Notes under the pieces: generated by a model
What the model was told of the DNA's origin: nothing
The model's database searches: none
Seen by the model: only the letters and a program-made list of their open reading frames with translations
Shown: positions 9,283 to 18,012 of the stretch, one piece after another
Numbering within the stretch: the first letter of the stretch is position 1
How the letters are laid out: each line of letters begins with the position of its first letter
Made by a program: the position numbers and the translations under genes
DNA from: a virus
Lineage: Duplodnaviria > Caudoviricetes
IMG/VR virus record: IMGVR_UViG_3300007735_000776
Location: 1-62,893 of that record
DNA: 62,893 nt
Direction: 5' to 3' (one strand)

Positions 9283-10479
9283 ATGACCAAGCTAAGTGCC
9301 GAGCAGCGTGTGCAACGTGCGCACGTGTGGCTCATGAAACATCCGAACTATTGTTTGTACTCCGGCATCTTCATGTTGGGTAAGACAAGCGTAGAGGATG
9401 ACGTGTCAACTGCATGTACCGATGGGCGCAACGTCGAGTACGGTCGGGCGTTCACGGACAAGCTAAGCGAAGCAGAGCTACGTGCTGTTGTATTGCACGA
9501 GAATTTGCACAAAGCTTTCCGTCATCTGAGCATGTGGAAACATCTTTACAAAGAGCATGCACAGCTTGCGAACATGGCGTGTGACTACGTGATCAACCTG
9601 ATGATCGATGATTCTGATCCGTCGAACACCAACGTGAAGCTACCTGACTGTGGCTTGCTTGACCCGAAGTATCGTGGTTGGGATTCGCAGCGGGTGTTCA
9701 ACGACTTGAAGCAACAAGCTGACGAGGGGAGCGTCAAGATCAAGACCAAAGGTGACCCGATTGGTAAGGACGTGCCAGTGGTAGACGTGCCCGACTTAGA
9801 TGCTCATGACTGGGACGGCGCTGAGGGGATGAGTAACGAAGAGAAAGAAGTTCTTGCGCGTGACGTTGATCAGGCGTTGCGTCAAGGCGCGATACTCGCG
9901 GGGAAGATGAAGGGTAATGTTCCACGTGAAATCACTGACGTGCTGGAGGCGAAGGTTGATTGGCGTGACGCATTGCGTGAATTCATCACGTCGTTCTGTA
10001 TGGATAGAGATGAATCGACATGGCGTCGTCCTTCACGCAGGTGGATAGGACAAGATGTTTACATGCCTAGCTTGATCGGCGAGTCGGTCGGTCGCATCGT
10101 GGTAGCTATCGACATGTCAGGCTCTATCGGTGCGGAGGAGATCGGTCAGTTCTTGGGCGAGGTGCGAAGCATTTGTGATCACGTCAAGCCCGAGGGTATC
10201 GACTTGTTGTATTGGGATACTGAGGTATGTCAGCACGAGAAGTATGAACAAGATCAACTGGACAACTTGTTATCAAGTACCAAGCCCCGAGGTGGTGGCG
10301 GCACTGATCCGCAGTGCATCGTCAACTACATGAGCGATCACAAGATCAAGGCTGAGTGTGCAGTGATATTGACCGATGGCTATGTAGGTTCATGGGGCAA
10401 AGACTGGCAATGTCCTACGCTTTGGGGCATTACTAGTGACGTAGTGAGCGCGGTTGGTAAGACCGTGAAGGTGCAGTGA
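9283..10479 (+). CDS. HExxH metallopeptidase-like plus vWA domain protein (DUF2201-like)
   Basis: TACTDG, HENLH, NMACDYVIN; MIDAS motif DMSGS, GGGGTD, ILTDG. Confidence 0.85.
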   Translation: MTKLSAEQRVQRAHVWLMKHPNYCLYSGIFMLGKTSVEDDVSTACTDGRNVEYGRAFTDKLSEAELRAVVLHENLHKAFRHLSMWKHLYKEHAQLANMACDYVINLMIDDSDPSNTNVKLPDCGLLDPKYRGWDSQRVFNDLKQQADEGSVKIKTKGDPIGKDVPVVDVPDLDAHDWDGAEGMSNEEKEVLARDVDQALRQGAILAGKMKGNVPREITDVLEAKVDWRDALREFITSFCMDRDESTWRRPSRRWIGQDVYMPSLIGESVGRIVVAIDMSGSIGAEEIGQFLGEVRSICDHVKPEGIDLLYWDTEVCQHEKYEQDQLDNLLSSTKPRGGGGTDPQCIVNYMSDHKIKAECAVILTDGYVGSWGKDWQCPTLWGITSDVVSAVGKTVKVQ

Positions 10480-10658
10480 AGCCGTTAAAGCCAAGCACGT
10501 ACGCAGTATTGAGGGATAAAGATGGACACATTCGCTACGTCAGCGAGTACGCCATGAAGAACTTCAAGCACATACGGCAAGGCGATAAGGTGATAGGGCG
10601 CGGGTTAACCGTGGAAGAAGTAAATGCGTTACTTAAATTAACACCTGTTAACAAATAG
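10476..10658 (+). CDS. Small hypothetical protein
   Basis: GTGA-coupled 60-aa ORF. Confidence 0.55.
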   Translation: MKPLKPSTYAVLRDKDGHIRYVSEYAMKNFKHIRQGDKVIGRGLTVEEVNALLKLTPVNK

Positions 10659-10667
10659 GAGAGTGCC

Positions 10668-11537
10668 ATGATTCAGAATAGTTCAATGTTGGTTGACCTA
10701 AACATCTCGGTATGGACAGGTCGCAAGCAAGACAAACGTGTGTCCGATGAGATCGATGCCGCCAAGAGTACCAAGACGAGGGCTGGCAACTATCATAAGA
10801 AATTGCTGGCAGGTACACAGAAGCTAGATGACTTGCAAAAGTTAACTACAGGTATTCGTACGTGGCACTACACGCAGACGTTGCCGTGGTCGGATGGTGG
10901 CTCACGCCTACTACCCATGAAGAACTTCTTTGACTACAAAGCTACGTTGTCTGACTTGGAGACGCAGTTCAATGATGCAGTGGAGTCGTTCCTAGTTGAT
11001 TACCCTACGCTGGTATCCGCTGCGGCGTTTCAGTTGGGTGACTTGTTCGATGCCTCAGAGTATCCAGATGTCGAGCGACTACGTGACAAGTTCCGCTTCC
11101 GCTTTGTGTTCTTGCCAGTGCCTGACGTGGGTGACTTCCGCATCGATGTTAACGAGCAGCACAAAGCCGAGTTGGTTCAACAATACGAATCGTTTTACCA
11201 GAACAAGTTGTCAGAAGCAATGCAGGACGCTTGGGATCGGCTGCACGATTGCGTATCTAAGATGAGCGAGAAGCTGGCGAACGCACCTGCACCACGACTG
11301 ACCAAAGATGGTGACGAGAATTACACACAGATATTCCGTGATTCGCTGGTGACTAATGCGGTGGAGTTGTGTGAGTTGCTGACCAAACTCAACGTGACTA
11401 ATGACCCGAAGCTGGAGAACGTACGTAAGAATCTGGAATCCACTATCGATGGTGTATCGGCTAAGGAGTTGCGTGAGGATGATGGCTTGCGCTTGGTCGT
11501 AAAGGCAGAGGTAGACAAGATTCTGTCTATGTTCTGA
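10668..11537 (+). CDS. Conserved hypothetical protein (DUF3150-like), usual partner of AAA/vWA pairs
   Basis: W.GRK.D, TLPW.D.G.RLLP and F...YP motifs; gene context. Confidence 0.6.
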   Translation: MIQNSSMLVDLNISVWTGRKQDKRVSDEIDAAKSTKTRAGNYHKKLLAGTQKLDDLQKLTTGIRTWHYTQTLPWSDGGSRLLPMKNFFDYKATLSDLETQFNDAVESFLVDYPTLVSAAAFQLGDLFDASEYPDVERLRDKFRFRFVFLPVPDVGDFRIDVNEQHKAELVQQYESFYQNKLSEAMQDAWDRLHDCVSKMSEKLANAPAPRLTKDGDENYTQIFRDSLVTNAVELCELLTKLNVTNDPKLENVRKNLESTIDGVSAKELREDDGLRLVVKAEVDKILSMF

Positions 11538-11574
11538 ATAAGTTAACACGTGTTAATAAATCAAGGAGAGTGCG

Positions 11575-12378
11575 ATGTTAAATTTTGTAGATGTTGAGAA
11601 AGCCGATGGAACTCCGCTACTGAGTATTGTGAAAGAGTTCCGGCGTGTGCAGGTCAGTCGGTTCCCAATCAACGTGGTGTTCACATCGGGGATACAGGCT
11701 AAGTTCTACGACAGCAGGTTTCCTAACCTAAAGCCTGTTGCTAACGTATGGCAAGACTCTGATAGGGAGGGTGACTATTGGGTTATTGAATCTCGCAACA
11801 TAGTCAACGAGAAGTACAGGAACGAGCGTCGGCATCGTAAGCAAACGAAGGATGATAAGAAGCTGTTTCGGTTCATGCGTGAATACATCAAGCCAGTCTC
11901 ATCCCAAGATGTTGCTATGGATAAGCTATCTACCTTCCAACACCACATTGAAGAGTGGAAGCGTGATGCAGAGATGAAGATGCGAAACGTCACAGACATT
12001 TCCAGAAACGACGTGATGGCTGAGATTATCCGTATGAAAGCAGTTGGGTATCAACCACAGACAGAGAAGTTTGCACGAGTTATGGATAGCGGTATCGAGG
12101 CGTGGGTAGAGTATCGTCGCAGACGTGAGCGCAGGATCATGCAGGTGCACGTGCTCATCAACCCTGATGATTCTGTCGAGGTTTACTGCCCTGACTTGCT
12201 TGGGTATGGCGGCATACAACAAGGCAACAACAACTACAACTCGATGGACGAGGCACCAATGTGCGTTCAACAACAAGTTGCCATGCTGCGCATGATCGAG
12301 GACAAGGCGTTCATTCCTGAAGTGGGCAGCAAGATAAACAGCCATCAGTATTGGATCGAGGTGATGCCTGAAGAATAA
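11575..12378 (+). CDS. Hypothetical protein (267 aa)
   Basis: Long ORF with a GGAG RBS. Confidence 0.8.
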   Translation: MLNFVDVEKADGTPLLSIVKEFRRVQVSRFPINVVFTSGIQAKFYDSRFPNLKPVANVWQDSDREGDYWVIESRNIVNEKYRNERRHRKQTKDDKKLFRFMREYIKPVSSQDVAMDKLSTFQHHIEEWKRDAEMKMRNVTDISRNDVMAEIIRMKAVGYQPQTEKFARVMDSGIEAWVEYRRRRERRIMQVHVLINPDDSVEVYCPDLLGYGGIQQGNNNYNSMDEAPMCVQQQVAMLRMIEDKAFIPEVGSKINSHQYWIEVMPEE

Positions 12379-12393
12379 TCTTTGTCATAGTGC

Positions 12394-12422
12394 TTGACAC
12401 AGTTCGAAAGCGTTTATATATT
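12394..12422 (+). promoter_or_regulatory. Sigma70-type promoter
   Basis: TTGACA, 17 nt, TATATT. Confidence 0.75.
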
Positions 12423-12443
12423 ACAAGAACGAAGAAGGTTACT

Positions 12444-12734
12444 ATGACTGAGATTGAATTGGCAACATTACGATTTTTCATTTGGGTAAAGCTTGACGCG
12501 ACAGGTGACGTGATTGAACTCATTCTTGGAGACAACGCATTACTTGATACCGTGAAGCTACCCGATATTTCTGAAGTACCACAGTTCGTGAGGGATAGAC
12601 TTGCGTTACTTAAATTAACAGGTGTTAATAGATCAAACATCAAAGACATTGTAGGTAGAAAGATGTCTGACGAGATGATGATTCTTTACTTAAACCGTGA
12701 TGAGTACGATCAAATAAAGGAAGAGTGCAAATGA
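12444..12734 (+). CDS. Hypothetical protein
   Basis: Start trimmed to ATG 12444, downstream of the promoter. Confidence 0.65.
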   Translation: MTEIELATLRFFIWVKLDATGDVIELILGDNALLDTVKLPDISEVPQFVRDRLALLKLTGVNRSNIKDIVGRKMSDEMMILYLNRDEYDQIKEECK

Positions 12735-12907
12735 AAAAGAAACTTTCAGCGCAGGACGAGATAGCTAACTTGGAGAATCGATTAGCCAAAGCACGAGCCG
12801 AGATCGACAACCTACAACATCAACTACAGCAACTAACCATCAAGTACTACGACACGGCAGCAGTGCTGAAGTATTTGGAATCTAAACTAAGCATCACGAG
12901 AAAGTAA
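12731..12907 (+). CDS. Small coiled-coil protein
   Basis: Heptad pattern; ATGA coupling. Confidence 0.65.
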   Translation: MKKKLSAQDEIANLENRLAKARAEIDNLQHQLQQLTIKYYDTAAVLKYLESKLSITRK

Positions 12908-12909
12908 CC

Positions 12910-13242
12910 ATGCCTACCCCTGAGAGCAAAGTTAAGGATAAGGTAAAGAAGTTGTTAGCTGAGCATGGAGCCTACTACTTCATGCCAGCTACGCATGGTT
13001 ATGGATCGTCGGGTGTGCCTGACATTGCAGCTTGCATAAACGGAAGGTTTATCGGGATAGAGTGCAAGGCCAACGGCGGTAAGGCCACCGCTCTCCAGTT
13101 GAAGAATCTGCGGGAACTATCATCGGCGGGGGGCATAGCAGTCCTCATCGACGAAACCGGATTGGACGATTTGGAAGCTTTATTAACAGGCGTTAATAAA
13201 TTAAACGATGGCATCTTTCTTAGTTTTTTAAAAGGAGACTGA
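12910..13242 (+). CDS. VRR-NUC family nuclease
   Basis: PESKVK...G.PD......G.F..IE.K...G..T.LQ motif set. Confidence 0.85.
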   Translation: MPTPESKVKDKVKKLLAEHGAYYFMPATHGYGSSGVPDIAACINGRFIGIECKANGGKATALQLKNLRELSSAGGIAVLIDETGLDDLEALLTGVNKLNDGIFLSFLKGD

Positions 13243-13243
13243 C

Positions 13244-13426
13244 GTGCTGAAGAACGGATATTTCATCAAGGAAGACCCACCCAAGATCGGGGCGCATTAC
13301 ACACGTGCTTACAAACCCAATACGATTAGCAAAGAAGAACAGTTTATACAGAACGTGTTGTTGGGCATACGTGAGCAGAGGCAATCCTTTCTTTCCAAGA
13401 TTCTTGGCTTTATGATTCGCATATAA
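13244..13426 (+). CDS. Hypothetical protein
   Basis: GTG start after AGGAG. Confidence 0.6.
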   Translation: MLKNGYFIKEDPPKIGAHYTRAYKPNTISKEEQFIQNVLLGIREQRQSFLSKILGFMIRI

Positions 13427-13435
13427 GGAAACAGA

Positions 13436-13648
13436 ATGAACGCATTTATACCGCACTCAGTTGTCGATACACTGATCAAAGAGTTCAACTTGAAGAACGA
13501 CGCGAACGTAGCTAAGTTTTTAAAAGTACCACCAAGCACTATTAGTAAGTGGCGGCACGGCACTCAGCAAGTAACTGCTGAGAAGATACTGACGATCTAT
13601 GACAAAACAGGCTGGTCAATTGAGAAGATAAGGGGGTTACTCGAATGA
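13436..13648 (+). CDS. Cro/CI-type HTH protein
   Basis: LKNDANVAKFLKVPPSTISKWRHG helix-turn-helix pattern. Confidence 0.75.
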   Translation: MNAFIPHSVVDTLIKEFNLKNDANVAKFLKVPPSTISKWRHGTQQVTAEKILTIYDKTGWSIEKIRGLLE

Positions 13649-13752
13649 TAGCGATGATGATGGGTATCTTACTTATGGGTGCTGGCGTTGCAGTATTAGC
13701 ATTTGGATTGGCAGCGGCACTGGCTATGTTTTTAGACGAGGAGCGTAAATGA
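13645..13752 (+). CDS. Small membrane peptide (35 aa)
   Basis: My translation MIAMMMGILLMGAGVAVLAFGLAAALAMFLDEERK; ATGA overlaps on both sides. Confidence 0.55.
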   Translation: MIAMMMGILLMGAGVAVLAFGLAAALAMFLDEERK

Positions 13753-13952
13753 CTATTGAAGCAATCAACTACAAAGTAATTTGGGAATGGATTAACACGG
13801 TGTGGTCGAAATCATTCGTATCAATAGGTTGCCTGTTGATTGGGCTAGGCGTGGGTGGTGTGATGGCAGAGAGCCGGATCGTATCTGACTGCAAGTTTGC
13901 CAATTCGTTTCGCGTAGACATACAGGCGTTTAGCTGCCAGAGAAAATTATGA
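13749..13952 (+). CDS. Small membrane protein
   Basis: Single hydrophobic segment and a C-terminal Cys pair. Confidence 0.6.
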   Translation: MTIEAINYKVIWEWINTVWSKSFVSIGCLLIGLGVGGVMAESRIVSDCKFANSFRVDIQAFSCQRKL

Positions 13953-14137
13953 GCGGCGTGAATGACACTAAGTTTTGTACAAGCTGCCAAACAACACGGT
14001 CAGTGGAGGGTGGAGAACTCAGAGTTACACGAGGCGTGAACAGGTGGATATGCTTGCCTTGTATACAACGCAGATCAGAGAGCATCTACAAAAGCCAAAG
14101 AGAAGATGCCGTTAAAGCGAGGGAGAAGAACAAATGA
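13949..14137 (+). CDS. Small zinc-ribbon protein
   Basis: CTSC...RWICLPC. Confidence 0.65.
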   Translation: MSGVNDTKFCTSCQTTRSVEGGELRVTRGVNRWICLPCIQRRSESIYKSQREDAVKAREKNK

Positions 14138-14373
14138 ACAGAGACGAATACAGCACACTATTCCACAGGCTTCAGTTAAACCTTGTGGCGTTTAAACGGT
14201 TAATGGATTGTGATGAAGAAGTTTTAAAGCTTGTGAACGCAGCGATAGAAGCGGAGCGCGAGGCGTGTGCGAAGATGTGTGATGAACGAGCCGCAAACGC
14301 ACCGATAGGCAGCGATGAGCAGTGCGAAGCAGAAGACTGTGCCTTCGCTATCCGCGAGAGAGGTGCGCCATGA
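14134..14373 (+). CDS. Hypothetical protein (EREACAK-type small phage protein)
   Basis: Coupled ORF with the EREACAK..C motif common in proteobacterial phages. Confidence 0.65.
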   Translation: MNRDEYSTLFHRLQLNLVAFKRLMDCDEEVLKLVNAAIEAEREACAKMCDERAANAPIGSDEQCEAEDCAFAIRERGAP

Positions 14374-14714
14374 CTGACCGAAAACTGATGCAGATGGCGC
14401 TGCTGAAGATGGAATACATGCTGAATAACGGCGAGTGGTACAAGCCAGAAGAAACCATAGAAGCACTCCGCGCCCGACTAGCGCAGCCTGAACCGGATGA
14501 TGGCTATTGCCAAGCCTGTGACGGGGATAGCTGCACAGCGAAAGAAGGCTGTGTTGCCCGTGACAATCCCCCACCACAGCGCGAATGGCAAGGGCTGACG
14601 GATGAGGAAGTGATAAAACTGGGCAGGTTAGACAAGGACAGCGACTATTTTGGTCTTTGGTACGACTTTGCCCAAGCCATCGAAGCCAAGCTAAAAGAGA
14701 AGAACTGTGGATGA
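14370..14714 (+). CDS. Hypothetical protein
   Basis: Start trimmed to ATG 14370; REWQGLTDEE and AIEAKLKEKN motifs. Confidence 0.65.
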   Translation: MTDRKLMQMALLKMEYMLNNGEWYKPEETIEALRARLAQPEPDDGYCQACDGDSCTAKEGCVARDNPPPQREWQGLTDEEVIKLGRLDKDSDYFGLWYDFAQAIEAKLKEKNCG

Positions 14715-14931
14715 CGAGCAACTACACCTACAGGCAGCGACCTATGCAACCAACCGCAAAAATGCCTACGTTGAAGGAATGAAAAGCGGCGAAGTAGACC
14801 ACATGAGTGAAGAAGCATTGAATGGCAAGTGGCTTGCACACTACGAGGGATACAAAGAAGGCTATTGGGTGGCAACGGGAGATGATCGATACACAACAGA
14901 CCCAGCCAAGCTGAAGGAGAAGAACACATGA
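14707..14931 (+). CDS. Hypothetical protein
   Basis: Coupled ORF. Confidence 0.6.
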   Translation: MDDEQLHLQAATYATNRKNAYVEGMKSGEVDHMSEEALNGKWLAHYEGYKEGYWVATGDDRYTTDPAKLKEKNT

Positions 14932-15242
14932 TATTAAGCAAAGAATGTCATGAGCGAGGCTGCGCTGCCTATGATGACAGAGTAGATGAAGGCGTTGTAA
15001 TTAAAGGAGACGAAATGAAAGCATTTCCAAACATGACCGGCGAGAAGGGCATGGACTTGCGGGATTACTTTGCGGCGAAGGCGATGCCGTTGGCGATGCA
15101 GTGGTTAAAACACAACTACGATAGAGAAATAGGAAATACGTGGATGTGGAACGAAGAAGATTATGAGGACGACCCAAAAGAAATTGCCGAACTTGCTTAC
15201 AAAATGGCAGACGCGATGATAAAAGCAAGAGAGAGAAGTTAA
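14928..15242 (+). CDS. Hypothetical protein (LRDYFAAKAM motif)
   Basis: MDLRDYFAAKAM...AY.MADAM motif. A possible internal start lies at about 15015. Confidence 0.65.
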   Translation: MILSKECHERGCAAYDDRVDEGVVIKGDEMKAFPNMTGEKGMDLRDYFAAKAMPLAMQWLKHNYDREIGNTWMWNEEDYEDDPKEIAELAYKMADAMIKARERS

Positions 15243-15272
15243 GCCAACATTTGAAACACACGGAGAAGCACG

Positions 15273-15491
15273 ATGGTAATTGCAAGAAAGGCTGAACGAT
15301 TTGCAAATGCGTTAATGGAAATGCCAAGAGGGGAAAACGATTTAGAAATAGCAGCGGTGCTGAAAGACTTATCTAAAGTATACGAAGCAGCATTTGATAT
15401 GGTGTACGCAGATACCCACGAGCAAAGCAAGAAGGCTTATGTTGACATGATCAACCTGATCAAAGGCTTGAAGAATGAACGGCAAAATTGA
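15273..15491 (+). CDS. Hypothetical protein
   Basis: GGAG RBS; 72 aa. Confidence 0.6.
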   Translation: MVIARKAERFANALMEMPRGENDLEIAAVLKDLSKVYEAAFDMVYADTHEQSKKAYVDMINLIKGLKNERQN

Positions 15492-15675
15492 TCCAAAGGA
15501 CGAGAAGATTTTTACGTACGTGGTAAATAAAAATGCGCCGGTCACAATCAAACAAGTTATGAAAGCTTTGACGATCAGTGAGACGCATGCGAAACGTGCG
15601 CTGGATTTTTTTGTGTCGGTTGGATTGGCAGAGTTGTCTAAACAAGGTAGCACTCGCTTCTACAAAGCAAAATGA
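15475..15675 (+). CDS. Winged-HTH-like protein
   Basis: VTIKQVMKALTISETHAKRALDFFVSVGLA followed by a wing-like beta hairpin. Confidence 0.6.
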   Translation: MNGKIDPKDEKIFTYVVNKNAPVTIKQVMKALTISETHAKRALDFFVSVGLAELSKQGSTRFYKAK

Positions 15676-15893
15676 AACCAAGAGCTAAACCGAGTGATGC
15701 CACAGTAGTCCGGCTGCAAAGAGCACTCAAGGGTTTGTATTCGTTTAGCGTCAAAGATGTTGCACGTATTCTGAAAAGAAGTATCCGTAGTGCCGAGCGT
15801 TACATAATTAAGTTGAGGGAACTCGATGTAGTTGAACTACGGTATCGCGGGGCAGATCGTTATTACTACTATAGGATCAGGAGAAACAAATGA
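15672..15893 (+). CDS. Winged-HTH-like protein
   Basis: FSVKDVARILKRSIRSAERYIIKL. Confidence 0.6.
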   Translation: MKPRAKPSDATVVRLQRALKGLYSFSVKDVARILKRSIRSAERYIIKLRELDVVELRYRGADRYYYYRIRRNK

Positions 15894-16189
15894 AGTTGGA
15901 AAAATTAGCGCAAGCTTTGAATGATGTGCGTAACAAGTTCAAGATCGACAGTACCGACCTGCTGATCATCAACTATATATTGGAGATGAAGAAGCATGGT
16001 GACGTGCTGACCATGCAGTTCGTGAAAAACTTTGAAGGCGCGTCGGAGGCAACTACCCATATGCGTATGAAGAAGTTAATCAAGCGTGGCTTACTCGCAC
16101 GGGTGGGCGATGATCAAAACCTACGTATCAAGAAGTTGGAGCCGACAGGTAAGACCAACGAATTACTCAAGTACCTTGCGGAGATTTAA
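15890..16189 (+). CDS. MarR-like winged-HTH protein
   Basis: SEATTHMRMKKLIKRGLLARVGDDQNLRIKKLEPTGK. Confidence 0.6.
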   Translation: MKLEKLAQALNDVRNKFKIDSTDLLIINYILEMKKHGDVLTMQFVKNFEGASEATTHMRMKKLIKRGLLARVGDDQNLRIKKLEPTGKTNELLKYLAEI

Positions 16190-18012
16190 TGATAATCACC
16201 GTAGACTTTGAGACGTACTACGACAAAGAGTTCTCGCTATCGAAGCTGACCACCGAGGAATACATACGCGACGATAAGTTTGAGGTCATCGGGGTTGGTG
16301 TAAAAGTTGATGGTGCAGAGACATCTTGGTTCAGCGGAACTAAAGACGAGACACGCAAGTATCTACGTCAGTTCGATTGGGCAAACTCCCTTGTGCTGGC
16401 ACACAACACCATGTTTGATGGAGCCATTCTGTCTTGGCATTTCGGCGTAACTCCGAAGGGCTGGTTAGATACCCTGTGCATGGCACGTGCGCTCAATGGT
16501 GTGGATGCAGGAGGGAGCCTCAAAGCATTAGCAGAGCGGTATCAGATCGGGGTCAAAGGCGACGAGGTTATCAATGCATTGGGCAAGCGTCGCACTGACT
16601 TTGATTCGGATGCGATGGCGAAGTATGGCGAGTACTGCAAGAACGATGTGGACTTGACGTATACCCTGTTTAATATCCTGATGGAGTCGTTTCCTAAGAA
16701 AGAACTTAAGGTTATCGACACTACTCTAAAGATGTTTGTAGAACCAGAGTTGGAGTTAGATACCGCACTACTGGAGCAGCATCTTGCCGATGTGAAAGCC
16801 AAGAAGGAAAAGCTACTGGCAGCGGCGGCAGCGGACAAAGATATATTGATGTCCAACGACAAGTTCGCAGAGTTGCTGATCAGTCTGAAGGTAGAGCCGC
16901 CACGGAAGATCAGTGCGCGTACAGGCAAGGAGGCGTGGGCATTTGCTAAGACTGACGAAGAGTTCAAAGAGTTAGCTACCCATCCTGACCCCAGAGTACA
17001 AGCGCTAGTGGCAGCACGGCTTGGCACCAAAACAACTTTAGAAGAGACGCGGACGCAAAGGTTTATTGATATTTCCAATCGGGGTAAGCTGCCTGTACCC
17101 ATCAAATACTACGCCGCACATACTGGACGGTGGGGTGGAGATGACAAGATCAACCTGCAAAACCTACCAAGCCGAGGGCAGAACGCAGGTAAGTTAAAGA
17201 CATCCATCAAGCCGCCAGAGGGCTACGTCATCATCGACTCGGACTCATCGCAGATCGAAGCACGGACAGTTGCATGGCTGGCAGGGCAAGATGATTTGGT
17301 TGAGGCGTTCGACAAAGGCGAGGACGTGTACAAGATCATGGCCTCTGCTATCTACGGTAAAGAAGTTGCAGACATCACCAAAGAAGAACGGTTCGTGGGT
17401 AAGACTACGATTCTTGGTGCAGGTTATGGCATGGGGGCTGAGAAGTTCCAAGCACAACTTAAAACTTTTGGGGTCGAAGTCTCACTGGAAGAGTGTAAAA
17501 GAATTATCGCGGTGTATCGACAGACCTACGACAAGATTCCAGCACTGTGGAGACAAGCACATAGTTGTTTAAGCGCCATCATCAGCGGTAGTGGTGCGGC
17601 GTTTGGTGCGGTGGATGCAGTTCAGTTTGACCCAACCGAGCGTGGGTTCCTGCTACCAAGCGGACTATGGCAGCGGTATGAGGGGTTGCAAAAGGTGTAT
17701 GACCCCGAGGGCAAGGAGCAGTACCAGTACAAGACCCGCAAGGGGATTGTGAAAATCTATGGTGGTAAGGTGGTCGAGAACATCTGCCAAGCAGTTGCTA
17801 GATGTGTAATTGCAGAGCAGATGCTCAAGATTGCTAAGAAGTACAAGGTGGTGCTCACCGTACATGATGCTGTGGCGTGTATCGCACCGATGGAAGAGGC
17901 TCGTGATGCAAAAATTTACGTAGAAACTTGTATGCAGTGGCGTCCTGATTGGGCTGCCACATTACCTTTGAACTGTGAAATTGGTATTGGAGAAAACTAT
18001 GGAAGTTGCTAA
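16189..18012 (+). CDS. Family A DNA polymerase with 3'-5' exonuclease
   Basis: Exonuclease DFET and HN..FD; motif A DSSQIEAR; motif B KTTILGAGYG; motif C VHD. Confidence 0.95.
   Translation: MIITVDFETYYDKEFSLSKLTTEEYIRDDKFEVIGVGVKVDGAETSWFSGTKDETRKYLRQFDWANSLVLAHNTMFDGAILSWHFGVTPKGWLDTLCMARALNGVDAGGSLKALAERYQIGVKGDEVINALGKRRTDFDSDAMAKYGEYCKNDVDLTYTLFNILMESFPKKELKVIDTTLKMFVEPELELDTALLEQHLADVKAKKEKLLAAAAADKDILMSNDKFAELLISLKVEPPRKISARTGKEAWAFAKTDEEFKELATHPDPRVQALVAARLGTKTTLEETRTQRFIDISNRGKLPVPIKYYAAHTGRWGGDDKINLQNLPSRGQNAGKLKTSIKPPEGYVIIDSDSSQIEARTVAWLAGQDDLVEAFDKGEDVYKIMASAIYGKEVADITKEERFVGKTTILGAGYGMGAEKFQAQLKTFGVEVSLEECKRIIAVYRQTYDKIPALWRQAHSCLSAIISGSGAAFGAVDAVQFDPTERGFLLPSGLWQRYEGLQKVYDPEGKEQYQYKTRKGIVKIYGGKVVENICQAVARCVIAEQMLKIAKKYKVVLTVHDAVACIAPMEEARDAKIYVETCMQWRPDWAATLPLNCEIGIGENYGSC

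Noticed and set aside
4695-13196. TTAACAnnTGTTAA as a CtrA box or CRISPR repeat
   Set aside because: CtrA boxes are TTAA-N7-TTAA, whereas these are N6. The copies are irregularly spaced hundreds to thousands of bp apart and mostly in genes, unlike a CRISPR array.
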